Positions 51,609 to 63,110 of a stretch of DNA of 64,000 nucleotides are shown in pieces. Numbering within the stretch: the stretch's first letter is position 1; every line of letters starts with the position of its first letter. A program made the translations under genes and the position numbers. Source of the DNA: Tubiluchus corallicola (lineage: Eukaryota > Animalia > Priapulida); contig JAQGDQ010000366.1 of NCBI GenBank assembly GCA_030141605.1, positions 56,618 through 120,617 on the forward strand, written 5' to 3'. The notes under the pieces are model-generated. The model ran no database searches. It was not told the origin of the DNA and saw only the letters and a program-made list of their open reading frames with translations.

Positions 51609-51700
51609 ATAGACAAGAACTGGAAGGATTAGATGTTGAAAGATACGGACTGTGTACTATAGACTTACAGTATGCAGTAGATAATCCACAAGCTTCCATT
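51609..51700 (+). CDS. Adenylate kinase-like protein, exon 6
   Basis: acttgcag acceptor phase 1, 92 nt, gtaagt donor; DRQELEGLDVERYGLCTIDLQYAVDNPQASI. Confidence 0.82.
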
Positions 51701-51711
51701 GTAAGTACAGC

Positions 51712-51850
51712 TCCTTTCCTTTCCTGCCCTTCTCTCTTTCTCTCTTTCTCTTTCTTTCTTCATTTTCTTTCACTTTTCTCTTTCTTTTTCTTTTTCTCTT
51801 TCTCTCCCTCTCTACATCTCTCTATACTTCTCACTCCCTTTCTTTCTCTT

Positions 51851-51885
<35 letters not shown>

Positions 51886-52550
51886 TCCTCTCTTTCTCTG
51901 CTTTTCTCTTTCTTCATCTTCATTTCACTTTTCTCCTCTTTCTTTTTCTTTTTCTCTTTCTCTTCCTCTCTACATCTTTCTATACCTCTCACTTCCTTTT
52001 TCTTTCTTCATTTTCTTTTACTTTTCTCCTCTTTCTTTTTTTGTCTCTCTCCCTCTCTGCATCTCTCTATACTTCTCATTCCATTTCTCTTTCTTTCTCT
52101 TTTTTTGCTCTCACCTGTCTTTTCTTCTCTCTGCTTTCTCTTTCTTTCTCCTTTCTCCTCTTTCTTTTTTCTTTTTCTCCTCCTCTCAACTTCTTTCTAT
52201 TCTTGCTCCTTTTCTCCTTTTTTCTCTTTTCCTGTTTCTTTCTCCTTTTCTTTTCTCCCCTCTCTCTTTTTCTTTTTCTCTCTTGCTTTCTCTCCTTTCT
52301 TGCCCTCTCACTTTTTTCTCCTCTCATCTCTTCCTGCCTATTTATCTTTTTCTGATTTCCTGTTTTCCTTCCTGTCTGCACCTCCAGAATTGTCCCTATC
52401 CGCTGTTTTACGAAAACTTCCACTTCTTCTTTCTGTTTTTCGTTGTCTTTCTTGTTTTTCGTGATTTTCCAATCGTTAAGTACCTCTTTATCTTTCTTGT
52501 TTTGTTTTGCTTGCTCTTTCTTTGTTTCTTTTCTTTCTTGTTTTTCATTC
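51712..52550. repeat. ~840 bp polypyrimidine (CT-rich) tract
   Basis: Almost purine-free + strand directly after the exon 6 donor. Confidence 0.9.
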
Positions 52551-53144
52551 AAAGAGTAACAAAAATACTTTTACAGTTAGAATTTTACTACCCAATCTAT
52601 ATGGCTCTAGCCAGTTTATTATTCCAGCTGACCTAGCCCATAAGAAAGCCAGCTTTAGTCGCACCAGCCGCTCAGTGATGGGAATCGAGCTAGCCGACAT
52701 TTCTGCCGGCTGCGAAGATTTCCGCTCTTTCGATAATCACATGACACTGCAAATCACTGGTTAAAATATGACAAACGCACCGCGGATTACGCGTGTGCAG
52801 GCAGAGATACTAAACTTTAGAAATTTTTGAATAAGAAAGCTGGTGAATTCAAAATCAAATACATAAATAGGCAATATTAGTCACACCTATGGGATCATTT
52901 TGGTATTTTGGTCTTGATTCGTCAGTAATCAAGATAAGCCTCGCCAATAGCTGGATTTAAATTACATTTGCAATTAATCCATTGCTTTTTTATAATAGTA
53001 GAAAATTGATCTCTAATGTATAATTTGAATTTAAAGATCAGCTTTTTCTCTGTGTATAAGCAACAGGAATTATTTAAAACAAATGTCTTCAAAATTTAAC
53101 CGTTAACTAACAATTTATCATTTAATTAGTTAAGAAGAATTCGT

Positions 53145-53578
53145 AAGTTTAGCTGACTTAGCTGATTTACTGTACGAGTCAGCTGATGTAGTAGCAACTG
53201 ACTCAGCTTCAGCCAAGCTAGCTGATTTATTGTGTGAGTCAGCTGATGTAGTAGCAACTGACTCAGCTTCAGCCGACAGCTGATTTACACACAACAACAC
53301 CACCCACCAAACAACACCACACCACACAACGCTTCAGCCGAGCTAGCTGATTTACTGTGTGAGTCAGCTGATGTAGTAGCAACTGACTCAGCTTCAGCCG
53401 AGCTAGCTGATTTACTGTGTGAGTCAGCTGATGTAGTAGCAACTGACTCAGCTTCAGCCGAGCTAGCTGATTTACTGTGTGAGTCAGCTGATGTAGTAGC
53501 AACTGACTCAGCTTCAGCCGAGCTAGCTGATTTACTGTGTGAGACAGCTGATATAGTAGCAACTGACTCAGCTTCAAC
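53145..53578. repeat. Tandem repeat, 60 bp unit, ~6 copies, interrupted by a CA-rich insert
   Basis: Unit agctagctgatttactgtgtgagtcagctgatgtagtagcaactgactcagcttcagccg. Confidence 0.9.
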
Positions 53579-53705
53579 CTCTACTAATCTGTATACATAA
53601 AGTGACCTTTGTACTTTTTTAACCATGGGTCTTGTAATTTTGGCTTCTAGGGAGGTAAAGCTTTAACCTTGGCTACTTTGTCATGACGTATTTTCTTTTT
53701 TTCAG

Positions 53706-53822
53706 GAAACTTTACTAGAAATGTTGTGTAAAGTAATCGACAAATCAGGGCCCGCTGAAGAATCTTTTTTAGTTTTTCTTGAGGGGACATCGCTTACTAG
53801 CAATTCTCTACAAATGACTGAG
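53706..53822 (+). CDS. Adenylate kinase-like protein, exon 7
   Basis: Strong T-tract ttcag acceptor, 117 nt, gag|gtaag donor; ETLLEMLCKVIDKSGPAEESFLVFLEGTSLTSNSLQMTE (compare AK1 ETVLDML...GFLIDG). Confidence 0.82.
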
Positions 53823-54493
53823 GTAAGATGAAAAATACTGTTGCCAGTGGTTATTGTCGCCATCAGTAGCATAGCCAATAAGCCCTTTCACAGGTTCAGC
53901 GGCTGATGATGATCGTTAAAAGGTCAAAGGTTAAATGTACTTTATAGCGCATTTGTCTATACTTAATATTTCGCAGCCTATGCTATTAAAATGTAACAGT
54001 TTTAACAACTAGCTAGAACCTTACCTAGTTCATTTTTTCTTGTTCCCAAGTAAGATCCTGCTAGTAAATTTCTGTACACACAGACTAATGCATAATTAAG
54101 TGAAGTTACTAAACTGATGCGACAGACAGCTTTACTTTACACATATGTCAAGTAACGATTGTAGTTAAGATGTGCTGTTGTGGTACCACTTAACCTTTGA
54201 CCTACAGCAACTGGCTGTTTTTCAATTTCGGAAGCCACGCATTTATACTACTCATCGTGTGCAAACGAAGGGTCTCTACTACTAACTGTTTTTCAGTTCC
54301 ACAGGCCATGCATCTGCACTACTTGTTGTTTTTTGGTGCACAGACGAAACATCTGTACTACTGACTGTTTTTTTGGTTTCACTGGCCATACGTTTGCACT
54401 ACTTATTGTTTTTCGGTACACAGACGAAACATTTATATTACTAATTTTTTCGGTTTTGTAGGCCACACATCTGTACTACTCATTGTTTTTCAG

Positions 54494-54724
54494 TTTCAGA
54501 AAAGAGCCGTATGTTTTGTTGAAATTGAAGAAGGATATCTCCACAAGTATATACAGATTGTCCGCACGAAACGCAAGGGTCGGAAGAACAGTTTGTTCAA
54601 GCAGCGATTCACGGCCGTCTGCACGCTGGACAACGAAATTTGTCTTTTTCCTCAGTCCATTGGCCACAATCTTTGCAGACAGATCGCGCTGTGCATGTCC
54701 GATTATCGACGGGGGACATCCTAG
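54494..54724 (+). CDS. Adenylate kinase-like protein, last coding exon 8
   Basis: tttttcag acceptor (in-frame alternative 6 nt downstream), phase 0; FQKRAVCFVEIEEGYLHKYIQIVRTKRKGRKNSLFKQRFTAVCTLDNEICLFPQSIGHNLCRQIALCMSDYRRGTS*; TAG 54722-54724. Confidence 0.75.
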   Translation, partial: FQKRAVCFVEIEEGYLHKYIQIVRTKRKGRKNSLFKQRFTAVCTLDNEICLFPQSIGHNLCRQIALCMSDYRRGTS

Positions 54725-56274
54725 CATTAGGTATGTTCACTTGTTCACCCGACCACCATATCCTCAAGTAATCCTTTTTTTCTTTTTTTCTCGAATCTGT
54801 GCAAAACTAACACATCCGCAAAAATTTCAGAACTAGCAAAGGCCCCGCAAAAAATTTTGCTTATAAATCCACTCATAATCAAAAATACGCGAACATCCTA
54901 CGTAGTCCTCATTTATAACGCAAAGCCAGTAGCTTTTACTGAATTAAAGCTATAAGGTTATAAGCAGAGTATAATGGATGACGTCAGAACAATGGCTCTG
55001 CATCAGCGGTTTTCTAAGCGAAAATTGCGGAAAATAGAACATGTAATTATAAACAGGCCAGCGTGACTGATATATTTGAGTTCTCTAAATTGTGAATGAA
55101 TTAGTAAAGATGTAGTATTAAAGGAGCAGACAACACTTTTTGCCTGCGTATCAACTGAAAAGTTGCTGGATAATACTGTATCATTTTAGGGAGGAAACAA
55201 CATATATTTTAAACAGTTTGCGTCAGTTTAATCTTTATGTGCGCATTAACATATATTAGTCTGTATGTGAGCGTAAAATCTATCGCAGGGATGAGAATAT
55301 TCCGTGGATACGCGGAATTCCGAGGTTTTGGAAGACCAGTAGTGCCATTTTTGTAAATGGCGTAAATTCGTTGAGAAAATTTATACAGACCCGGTACATT
55401 ATTTCACAAGCTGACCGCTAGATGGCAGGCCGTCACTTTGTTTACTTCACGTACATCAGTGTAACCACGTGTATATCTCTATGTATAAAAATATAGAATC
55501 AATTGTGCAGAGTTATTCGAGTCAATTGCAGACAGTTTCTATATACTTTTGCATAGGGCGGCCAGTACTTAGGCATTTTTGAGACAATTAGGTATCATGT
55601 ATCCTTGATAGTTGGGTATTTTAAATTATGCATGAAACAAGGTAATTGATATTTTAAGTTCACTTAGAGGTTCTCTATGGTCACAAAAGTTTACAAGTTT
55701 GATACGGCGTTATTGTTTACTAAACCTCTCCTTGTTAAAGCAATGCAGTATATATTTGAATGCACTAATTCTGCATGCATACATTTCAGGTGATGTATGT
55801 GTTATTATGCTGATATTTGCACATGGGTCCTACTGACATGCACTTCACCATAAAGTAAGTATCTGGTAAAAATTTTCACACACAACTATGTTATGTGCAC
55901 CCATTGTTCATTATAAAGATATTTGCCAATTTCTGCAATACATCGCGTCCTGGTACAGTCATATCTCGGTTTGCCGGACCTCGCTTTTACGGAAATCGGA
56001 AGAATCGGACAAAATCTGGAAAGTTAAAAAGTCCCAGTTCTTTATTTCGGGAGCTGACCGCTAGTCGGCAGGCCGTCACTTTGTTTACATCATGTACATC
56101 AGTGTAAACACGTGTATATCTCTATGTATAAACACATAGAATCAATTATGCGGAGTTATTTGAGTCAATTGCCGACAATTTTGTATACTTTTATAGGACC
56201 CTACTAGACGTTTTTGAGACAATTAGGCAATTGATTCTTTATTACCTTGAGTCTAATACACTGCAGGCACCTAC

Positions 56275-56371
56275 TGTATTAGCTTAGTATCCGTAAATAC
56301 GGACAATCCGCAAACTCAGACTTTATCCAGTTTGCCGATTGTCCGTATTTGCCGATACTAAGCTAATACTG
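56275..56371. mobile_element. ~97 bp fold-back miniature element
   Basis: gtattagcttagtatc..aaatacggacaatc..caaact vs agtttg..gattgtccgtattt..gatactaagctaatac. Confidence 0.7.
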
Positions 56372-58255
56372 AGATATTGTCCAGTAAACTGAGATACGAG
56401 TGTATTTCAAAATGTGACAATTCTCGTGTCGGTACATATTGGCATCACATTGGTCCGCTGTGCTTTGCAGAAGTAAATATGGGATCTGTAACATGCAGTC
56501 TTTTTTCCACATTTACTTTTCTAACTTGTTTATTAAAACTTCTGTATCTTTGGAAAAATCTAACGAAACTATAAACTCATAAATGTCTGTAACATAAGTG
56601 GGGCAGTTTTTTAATGGACTCCGTTATTTTCTATTCATACTATCGTTATTAAAACTTTGGAACGTCTTTTTTGTGCCACGCTATACGTGTATCATGTAAC
56701 ACACCACAGGCAGTTACTGAGCTACTGAGTTACTGAGTTACTTTTATATAAGTGCCACATAACGAACAGGTGCAAGGTATTACACAACAAGCAGTTGTGC
56801 AGCCTGCTTGAATATAAGCGCTATGCAAATACATGTAATTAATAATGACCATATTGCAGGTTTTGTAAATGATTTAATAACCACATCTTTAACTGCTTTT
56901 CAGTGCACCGTTCGCACGCACGTTCGCACTTCGCTGCATTTTGCTCAGTAGAGTTACCACGTTGACCCGTCTCCAGGAGGATGTCCGGATCAGCATATAC
57001 CATTTCACTTACCATGTCTGTACAGCTGGTGCTAGTTTGTATTCAACGCCACGCTTGGTTGATCTCAAGAAACGTCAAGTCAAAACACAAAACACGTGTA
57101 CAAAAGGAGTAGTGCAGTCTGTGACGTCCTTGTCAGTTTTAGCCGTGCTTTGTAGCTGTTTTTAACTAGTGCACTAATCTTGCTTCTAGACATAAGCAAA
57201 GAAATAGTCCCTAATTTAATTAACTGACTTGTGCTAAAAATATTTTTCATTTGTCGTATATTTCATTTAAATGAAATCGCACCTTTGTGAAAAAAATTAA
57301 ACTTTGTTTTTTATCTTTGTTGTCATAATACGTGATATATTTTATATTTGTCAAATGTGCATGAATCAATACCTTCTAAGATGCATAGATCTAGCTATAT
57401 GTGCTAGACTGTGTTTGTTGTACTGTACCATGTAGGATTTTATAATATCGTAATGGCGGAGAAGTCAGGGGCATATTAACCAATAGGCTAGCCTAGTTAC
57501 ATTTTAGATAAAAATCTCGTTATCTGCTCGGAAAATGTGTATACTTATATTCATATAAAGGGCCCATTTTGTAACACACCACAGGTAATTACTGAGCACA
57601 ACTTTTATATAAGTGCCACATAACGAACAGATGCAAAGTATTAATCAATAAGCATTTGTGCAGCCTGTTTGAATATAAGCGCTATGCAAATGCATGTAAT
57701 TAATAATGACCACGTAGAAACTGTGCTAATAGTGTTTCACACCACAAGTAGTTGTGTAATCCTCTCATTACATAACCATATATTTACAATTGCGATGGGT
57801 AGGACTCAACCATCTGGAATTTTTTTTATACGTTCGTTCCTCTGAAATTTTTACAATTGTGCAATCATCCTTATGCATAATTAAAATTGTGATCTTTGTA
57901 TTTAGAATAGCGACTCGTTAAAAATATCAAGGGCAAAATATTGATGATACAGATTTTAATATAAGGAAAGACAGATGGGGAAATAGTGCTATTGTACCCT
58001 TTGTTATTCTAATGACATATCAGTCAAGTATCAAAATGTGAGGTAAGTGAATGCTTAAAATGATACGGAAATCTATTCTTGTTTTAGCCAAAGTGATTGC
58101 CGTGTAGTGTGTACTGTCAGGTTCATGTGGTATTTGGTTTGGTTCAAACAAAATTTTAATTGAAGATGTAACATGACAAACTAGGTTTGAAACAGACAGT
58201 TTTACAACTGAAATTATGCTCTCCCGTAACGGAAGTGAAAGGTGTTGCATGGACT

Positions 58256-58512
58256 CGGGGCCTATTTCAGCCTAAGCTAGGCCCGGGGAAGTGGGGCGTG
58301 TGAGGTCCCCTTGGTGGGGGGACGCAAAGCGCCGGGGGATGCGCACCACCATGGTCCTTAATGCTTGTCAGTACTGGCAAACGGCGCTCATGCGGCAAGA
58401 GAGAGAGAGAGGGAGAGAGGAGGCAGTATGTTCGCATAAAGCAAAAAAATGTTACCTTGGCGCGAGGCCCCGGGAAAGTATCCCCACTCCCCCTCCCATG
58501 AAATAGGCCCTG
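58256..58512. mobile_element. hAT-like MITE, second copy
   Basis: gggcctatttca...tgaaataggccctg; homologous to 20251-20587 with internal deletions. Confidence 0.8.
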
Positions 58513-59189
58513 TGCATGGTATTTGATAGCAATGTTAAAGCAATTAAGGCATTTCATTTTATAAATAGATTGTTTTTGTATGTCTTGGTATCGCTAATGT
58601 GTCTCATTGTGTATCAATGAAGTGAGAAGTTTTAGATATTCCCGTTTGTTGTTCGGAACTGTTAAAATTTTTTACTCTAAAATGTAAAATCATGTTTGAA
58701 GATGTAAAATTCACATTCATAAGCGGAAAATTCTTCCAATGAAATGGAAATTTTGAAAAGTTGAATATAAATTTGTACGTGTGAATGAAAGTTTCATAAA
58801 CTACACAAGTGCAATTGTAGTTTAATAATGCACAGTATATTACATAAGTACACGTTTCATTTATAAGAACAATGAAAATATTACGGCAGTCACAACGATT
58901 CTTGTGCGTCTAGTATTATCAGTAAGCACGACGACAAATTTTATCTCATATTTGTAACAGTGCTTTCTATATAGTAAAAATGCTATTGTTTTAAATTAAA
59001 GCTTGATAAGCAATAATTCAGACTCATCTTATTAATAATAGGTAATCTGTTATACCTTAAATCCACTTAAAGTACATGAAGTTTATATATAATAGGTAAT
59101 CATTTCGTAACGTGTGTAAATATTTCAAATACTCGTTTACAAACAACTAACGGACTCTCACAGGTCTCTCAACAGTCCAGTTATTGCAA

Positions 59190-59607
59190 TAAGCCTCATC
59201 TGTTAAAGACTGCATCGTACATTGCACTTATTCTAGGCGTGCAAGCCTCATCTGTTAAAGACTGCATCGTACATTGTAGTTATTCTAGGCATGCAAGCCT
59301 CATCTGTTAAAGACTGCATCGTACATTGTAGTTATTCTAGGCATGCAAGCCTCATCTGTTAAAGACTGCATCGTACATTGTACTTATTCTAGGCGTGCAA
59401 GCCTCATCTGTTAAAGACTGCATTGTACATTGCACTTATTCTAGGCGTGCAAGCCTCATCTGTTAAAGACTGCATCGTACATTGCACTTATTCTAGGTGT
59501 GCAAGCCTCATCTGTTAAAGACTGCATTGTACATTGCACTTATTCTAGGCGTGCAAGCCTCATCTGTTAAAGACTGCATCGTACATTGTAGTTATTCTAG
59601 GCATGCA
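59190..59607. repeat. Minisatellite, 52 bp unit, ~8 copies
   Basis: Unit aagcctcatctgttaaagactgcatcgtacattgcacttattctaggcgtgc. Confidence 0.95.
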
Positions 59608-60747
59608 GTTGTCTTTATTATGCATTGTAAAATAATGGTTCTTACAATTGATCTGTACAGTTTAGAATGTAAATATTAACATAGTCATCGTTATTTATTT
59701 CTAGCTGTGTTTGTTATTATTACTATATTATTGTATTGCAAATATCATTCAATGGTTTTTATGCATTTGCTACAGCCACGTGTGGCTATTGTATAGGTTT
59801 ACATAAGTGTGCCATTTGAGATTGAATCATTCGGTCTCGTTTCACCTTAAGATAAGTCAATAATAATGAAGATTTGCTGTAAATGTGTGAATTAGTAAGA
59901 TTTTTTACTTTTGCTGTGCAAATTGTACGAGAAGTTTAAACGTGCCCTAATTACACTAATGAATCTCTCCATTTTTTCAATTCAATTTTAATTTTATATA
60001 TCTCTTTATAATACTACAGCAAAACATGATTAATAAAAGAATCGCTAATAAGTTTTGAAGAATGGTTAAAATGAATAGATAGATCTAGAACTAGAGAAAC
60101 GATAGCGAAAAGACTACAAAGTTACCTAGTCTGCTATCCTTTACCGAATTTAGATAAAATGATTTTTAGACACTGGTGGGCATTAATGTTATCAGTTTAA
60201 TTTAGAAAACATTATTAATTTTTAAAATTATGACATTTGCTATATAATTAAGTAATCCAGAGTAAAGAAGATACATGTACTTTATTTTAGTGGGCGATAA
60301 AATAGGGTCAATCTTGATTAAACTAAAAAATCACTTATAAGTTTTGAAAAATGGTAAAAATATGTCTTGCATAAACTATAAATAGCATTTTGATTTTATG
60401 TGAAAAACAGGATCATTTTGAATTACACAGAATTTTCTGGCTAATCTATACTCATTTGTGTGATATTTTTTCTGTATAATTATCATATATGGCATCTGTT
60501 TGTTTGTTTGTAAAAGCTGTGCGGTTATGTACAATTAAGTTTGGAATAGTTTTACAAGGAAAGTGAATTTTAAAGCAAATATGGACTGGAAATAAAATAT
60601 GGTGTTGGAAAATTGTTACTTTTTGGCGTTTGTTTTATTTAAAATTAATTTACTGCTTCTGTAAGTACAGCTTCACATACTCCTATTTTGCTCTACATAC
60701 AGATTTACATAACTAGTCGCTGATTATGACTATGTCGCACGACGTAC

Positions 60748-60785
<38 letters not shown>

Positions 60786-61477
60786 TACGTAACTTATGAT
60801 TTAATAATATAATAATTATGCAATTCTTTTCAAATCTGAAAGACAATGTTGAAAACATGTTTTATAGCTTTCCCCCATTTACAAGTTCTTGTGCTATATT
60901 ACCTGGTCATCGAGACGACTCCTTTCTGTACAGGCTCTAGCTGTTTTGTGTGTTGGTCAGTTTCTTTTCGTACGCTACAGTGTAATTGAAACAATATCTG
61001 ATTCACTCATTAACAATTTTGTAGTAATATAGTGTGGTACTCGTAATAGAGAAGTCTGGTCCAAGTCAAGCTTAGAAAGACTTTGGTGCTTGCAAGAAAA
61101 TTAACAACTGTGAGCACGATCCATAATAGCATAAAAATATATTGTTTAAATCGTAATTATGGAAAAACTTTAAGCATTAGTCAGATATTTTTCTTTTATA
61201 ATATCCTTGTCGGTGTAATAAAATAATAATAATAATCCGGGGCTTAACTGTGTATAGACCAGGTAGTTGGCGTACTCAATAGCTGCGTTGCCGAGTACTG
61301 CCAATATTAGCGAAAATGAAAATGAAGAAGTTTTAGTCTCCGTGAATTGAGTTTTCCACTTTTGCGTTTTTTGGCCTACTCTGGTTAACGAGAATGTTAA
61401 TATTTTAGCAGCTGCGCTTCTTGTATTTTTATTTTTTAGAAATTCAGTTAACATTAATCTAGTCTTTGTAGAAGAAA

Positions 61478-61503
61478 ATGTCAACCAAACATCGGCATTA
61501 CTC
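61478..61503 (+). CDS. DNAJC5: DnaJ subfamily C member 5 / cysteine string protein, coding exon 1
   Basis: aaaATG; [9 protein letters not shown], phase-2 donor tc|gtaagt joins in frame to the 62888 exon. Confidence 0.75.
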
Positions 61504-61903
61504 GTAAGTAAAAAAAACTGTTGATTTCCAACTTAGTTTGTTCTGGGTAAAACGGTGTAAACAGATCGGCGTTTGCCGCCATTATTGCTCAGGTTTTGCT
61601 TTTGAAGCTGGATTACGGTTTTTTCTGACTGCTTATTATTGCATTATACACGAAATTATGTAAACATTGATTGTACCACAGTGGTTATTACATACTAGTA
61701 AATTATAATACACAAACGGTGCAACCTGCATTTGACTTGTTGAGTTTAACTTAGTTTAAACAAGTATTTTTTGTTTTAGTTTTGTTTAGTTTAATTTGAG
61801 GAGTCTATTTTTGTGTAGACACTAGACAGCAGTACATGCACATTTATCTTTTCCCTATCTTTATTACAAAAATTTGCGGGACATAATAGAAACAATATAA
61901 TTA

Positions 61904-62359
61904 CAGTCAAACTCGGGTGTAAGGCACTCACTTATAATGGACTACCAACACCAGTCCCGATTTTTCGTAACGTTTTTCCTATGTAAAAATCTTCGTATAT
62001 AAGGTACTCGGATATAAGGGACGATATCTTCAGGTCCCGCGTAATGGAAACCCAGGTAAATTACCTCACATATAATGGACCCTATGATTAAAGCGAAACT
62101 TATCGATTTTTAACTTCCATTTTTCGCAAAACCGGCATTCGAACAGCTCGGTTTCCGCGGTCACATACATCTCGTGCCACTGAAAGAGCTTCCTACATAC
62201 CGTTTTCACTGAATGCGTAGCAATAATCCATAAAAATATAAGTAAAAGTACAGGTCTAGATACACCCTCGGTCTGACTCAACTTCAGCTATAAGGGACGT
62301 CTGATATAACGGACAGTTTTTTCCGGTCCCGAGGTGTCCCTTATATCCGAGGTTGACTG
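61904..62359. mobile_element. pogo/Tigger-like MITE in DNAJC5 intron
   Basis: ta|cagtcaaactcgg ... ccgaggttgactg termini with internal ggatataaggga subrepeats. Confidence 0.7.
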
Positions 62360-62399
62360 TGTCTAGTGGGCAAGACAAGACCATAACCAAAAATATCTA

Positions 62400-62600
62400 G
62401 GCCTTCTCATATTAGACAAATTTAATACAAATAAATGAAACTGCTATGCAAATATACGTAATTAATAATGACCTCATTCAAACTCTCTCATCAATTATTG
62501 CCTCTCTTATTTACTGATTATTTTTATTTGAATGCTGAGATACATAATTACGGCACACGTTATAGACTTAACTATCACTTCCTACAGTGCAACACAAATG
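62400..62600 (+). mobile_element. L2-like LINE ORF2 C-terminal fragment
   Basis: LLPLLFTDYFYLNAEIHNYGTR motif typical of the L2/CR1 ORF2 tail. Confidence 0.6.
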
Positions 62601-62887
62601 TACTGTCTCATACAAATTTAACCGCAGTGTCATTCCAGTTTACACATTTTGCAAATACTCACCTTTTCCGTACGTTGTTTGTGGTATTCGGGCATTGAAA
62701 CCTCACGTGAATGCTCATTCAGGTTACGCCTGTGCTAAGTAAAATATTTTTAGCACGAATGGACTTCTGTTCATCTGAAATCTATTCTTGGTAGGAAACA
62801 AATATTTCTGTCATGTGTCATGTTCGCTTTTAATCATCACGCCACATCTAGATTTCTAAGACAGTATTTTAATTTCTTTTGTTTTAG

Positions 62888-62969
62888 AACTTCGGGCGAA
62901 TCGCTTTATATGGTGCTTGGATTAGGAAAATCTGCAACTCCTCAAGAAATAAAAAAAGCTTATAGACGA
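62888..62969 (+). CDS. DNAJC5: DnaJ subfamily C member 5 / cysteine string protein, coding exon 2 (J-domain start); gene continues beyond window
   Basis: gttttag acceptor, gtaagt donor; (S)TSGESLYMVLGLGKSATPQEIKKAYRR closely matches CSP [28 protein letters not shown]. Confidence 0.88.
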
Positions 62970-63110
62970 GTAAGTACTCCAATGTAATCAACACGTCCTA
63001 TTTTAATAAATTTCTCAACCACATTCATGGCAAGCTCCCCCCCCCCCCCCAGAGTGAGTAAAGGTGCATTCAGCTCTGCACCTGATGTTCTAGAATAGCC
63101 AGATCTCTAC

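Noticed and set aside
52041-52636. Lys/Arg/Glu-rich and Phe/Ser-rich ORFs
   Set aside because: Translation of a CT-rich low-complexity tract.
53130-53626. AEAESVATTSADSHSKSASS repeat protein on minus strand
   Set aside because: 60-bp intronic tandem repeat open in more than one frame; no supporting gene structure.
54483-54836. 117-aa ORF from the track as the last exon
   Set aside because: Out of phase with exon 7; the available acceptors give the FQKRAVC... frame.
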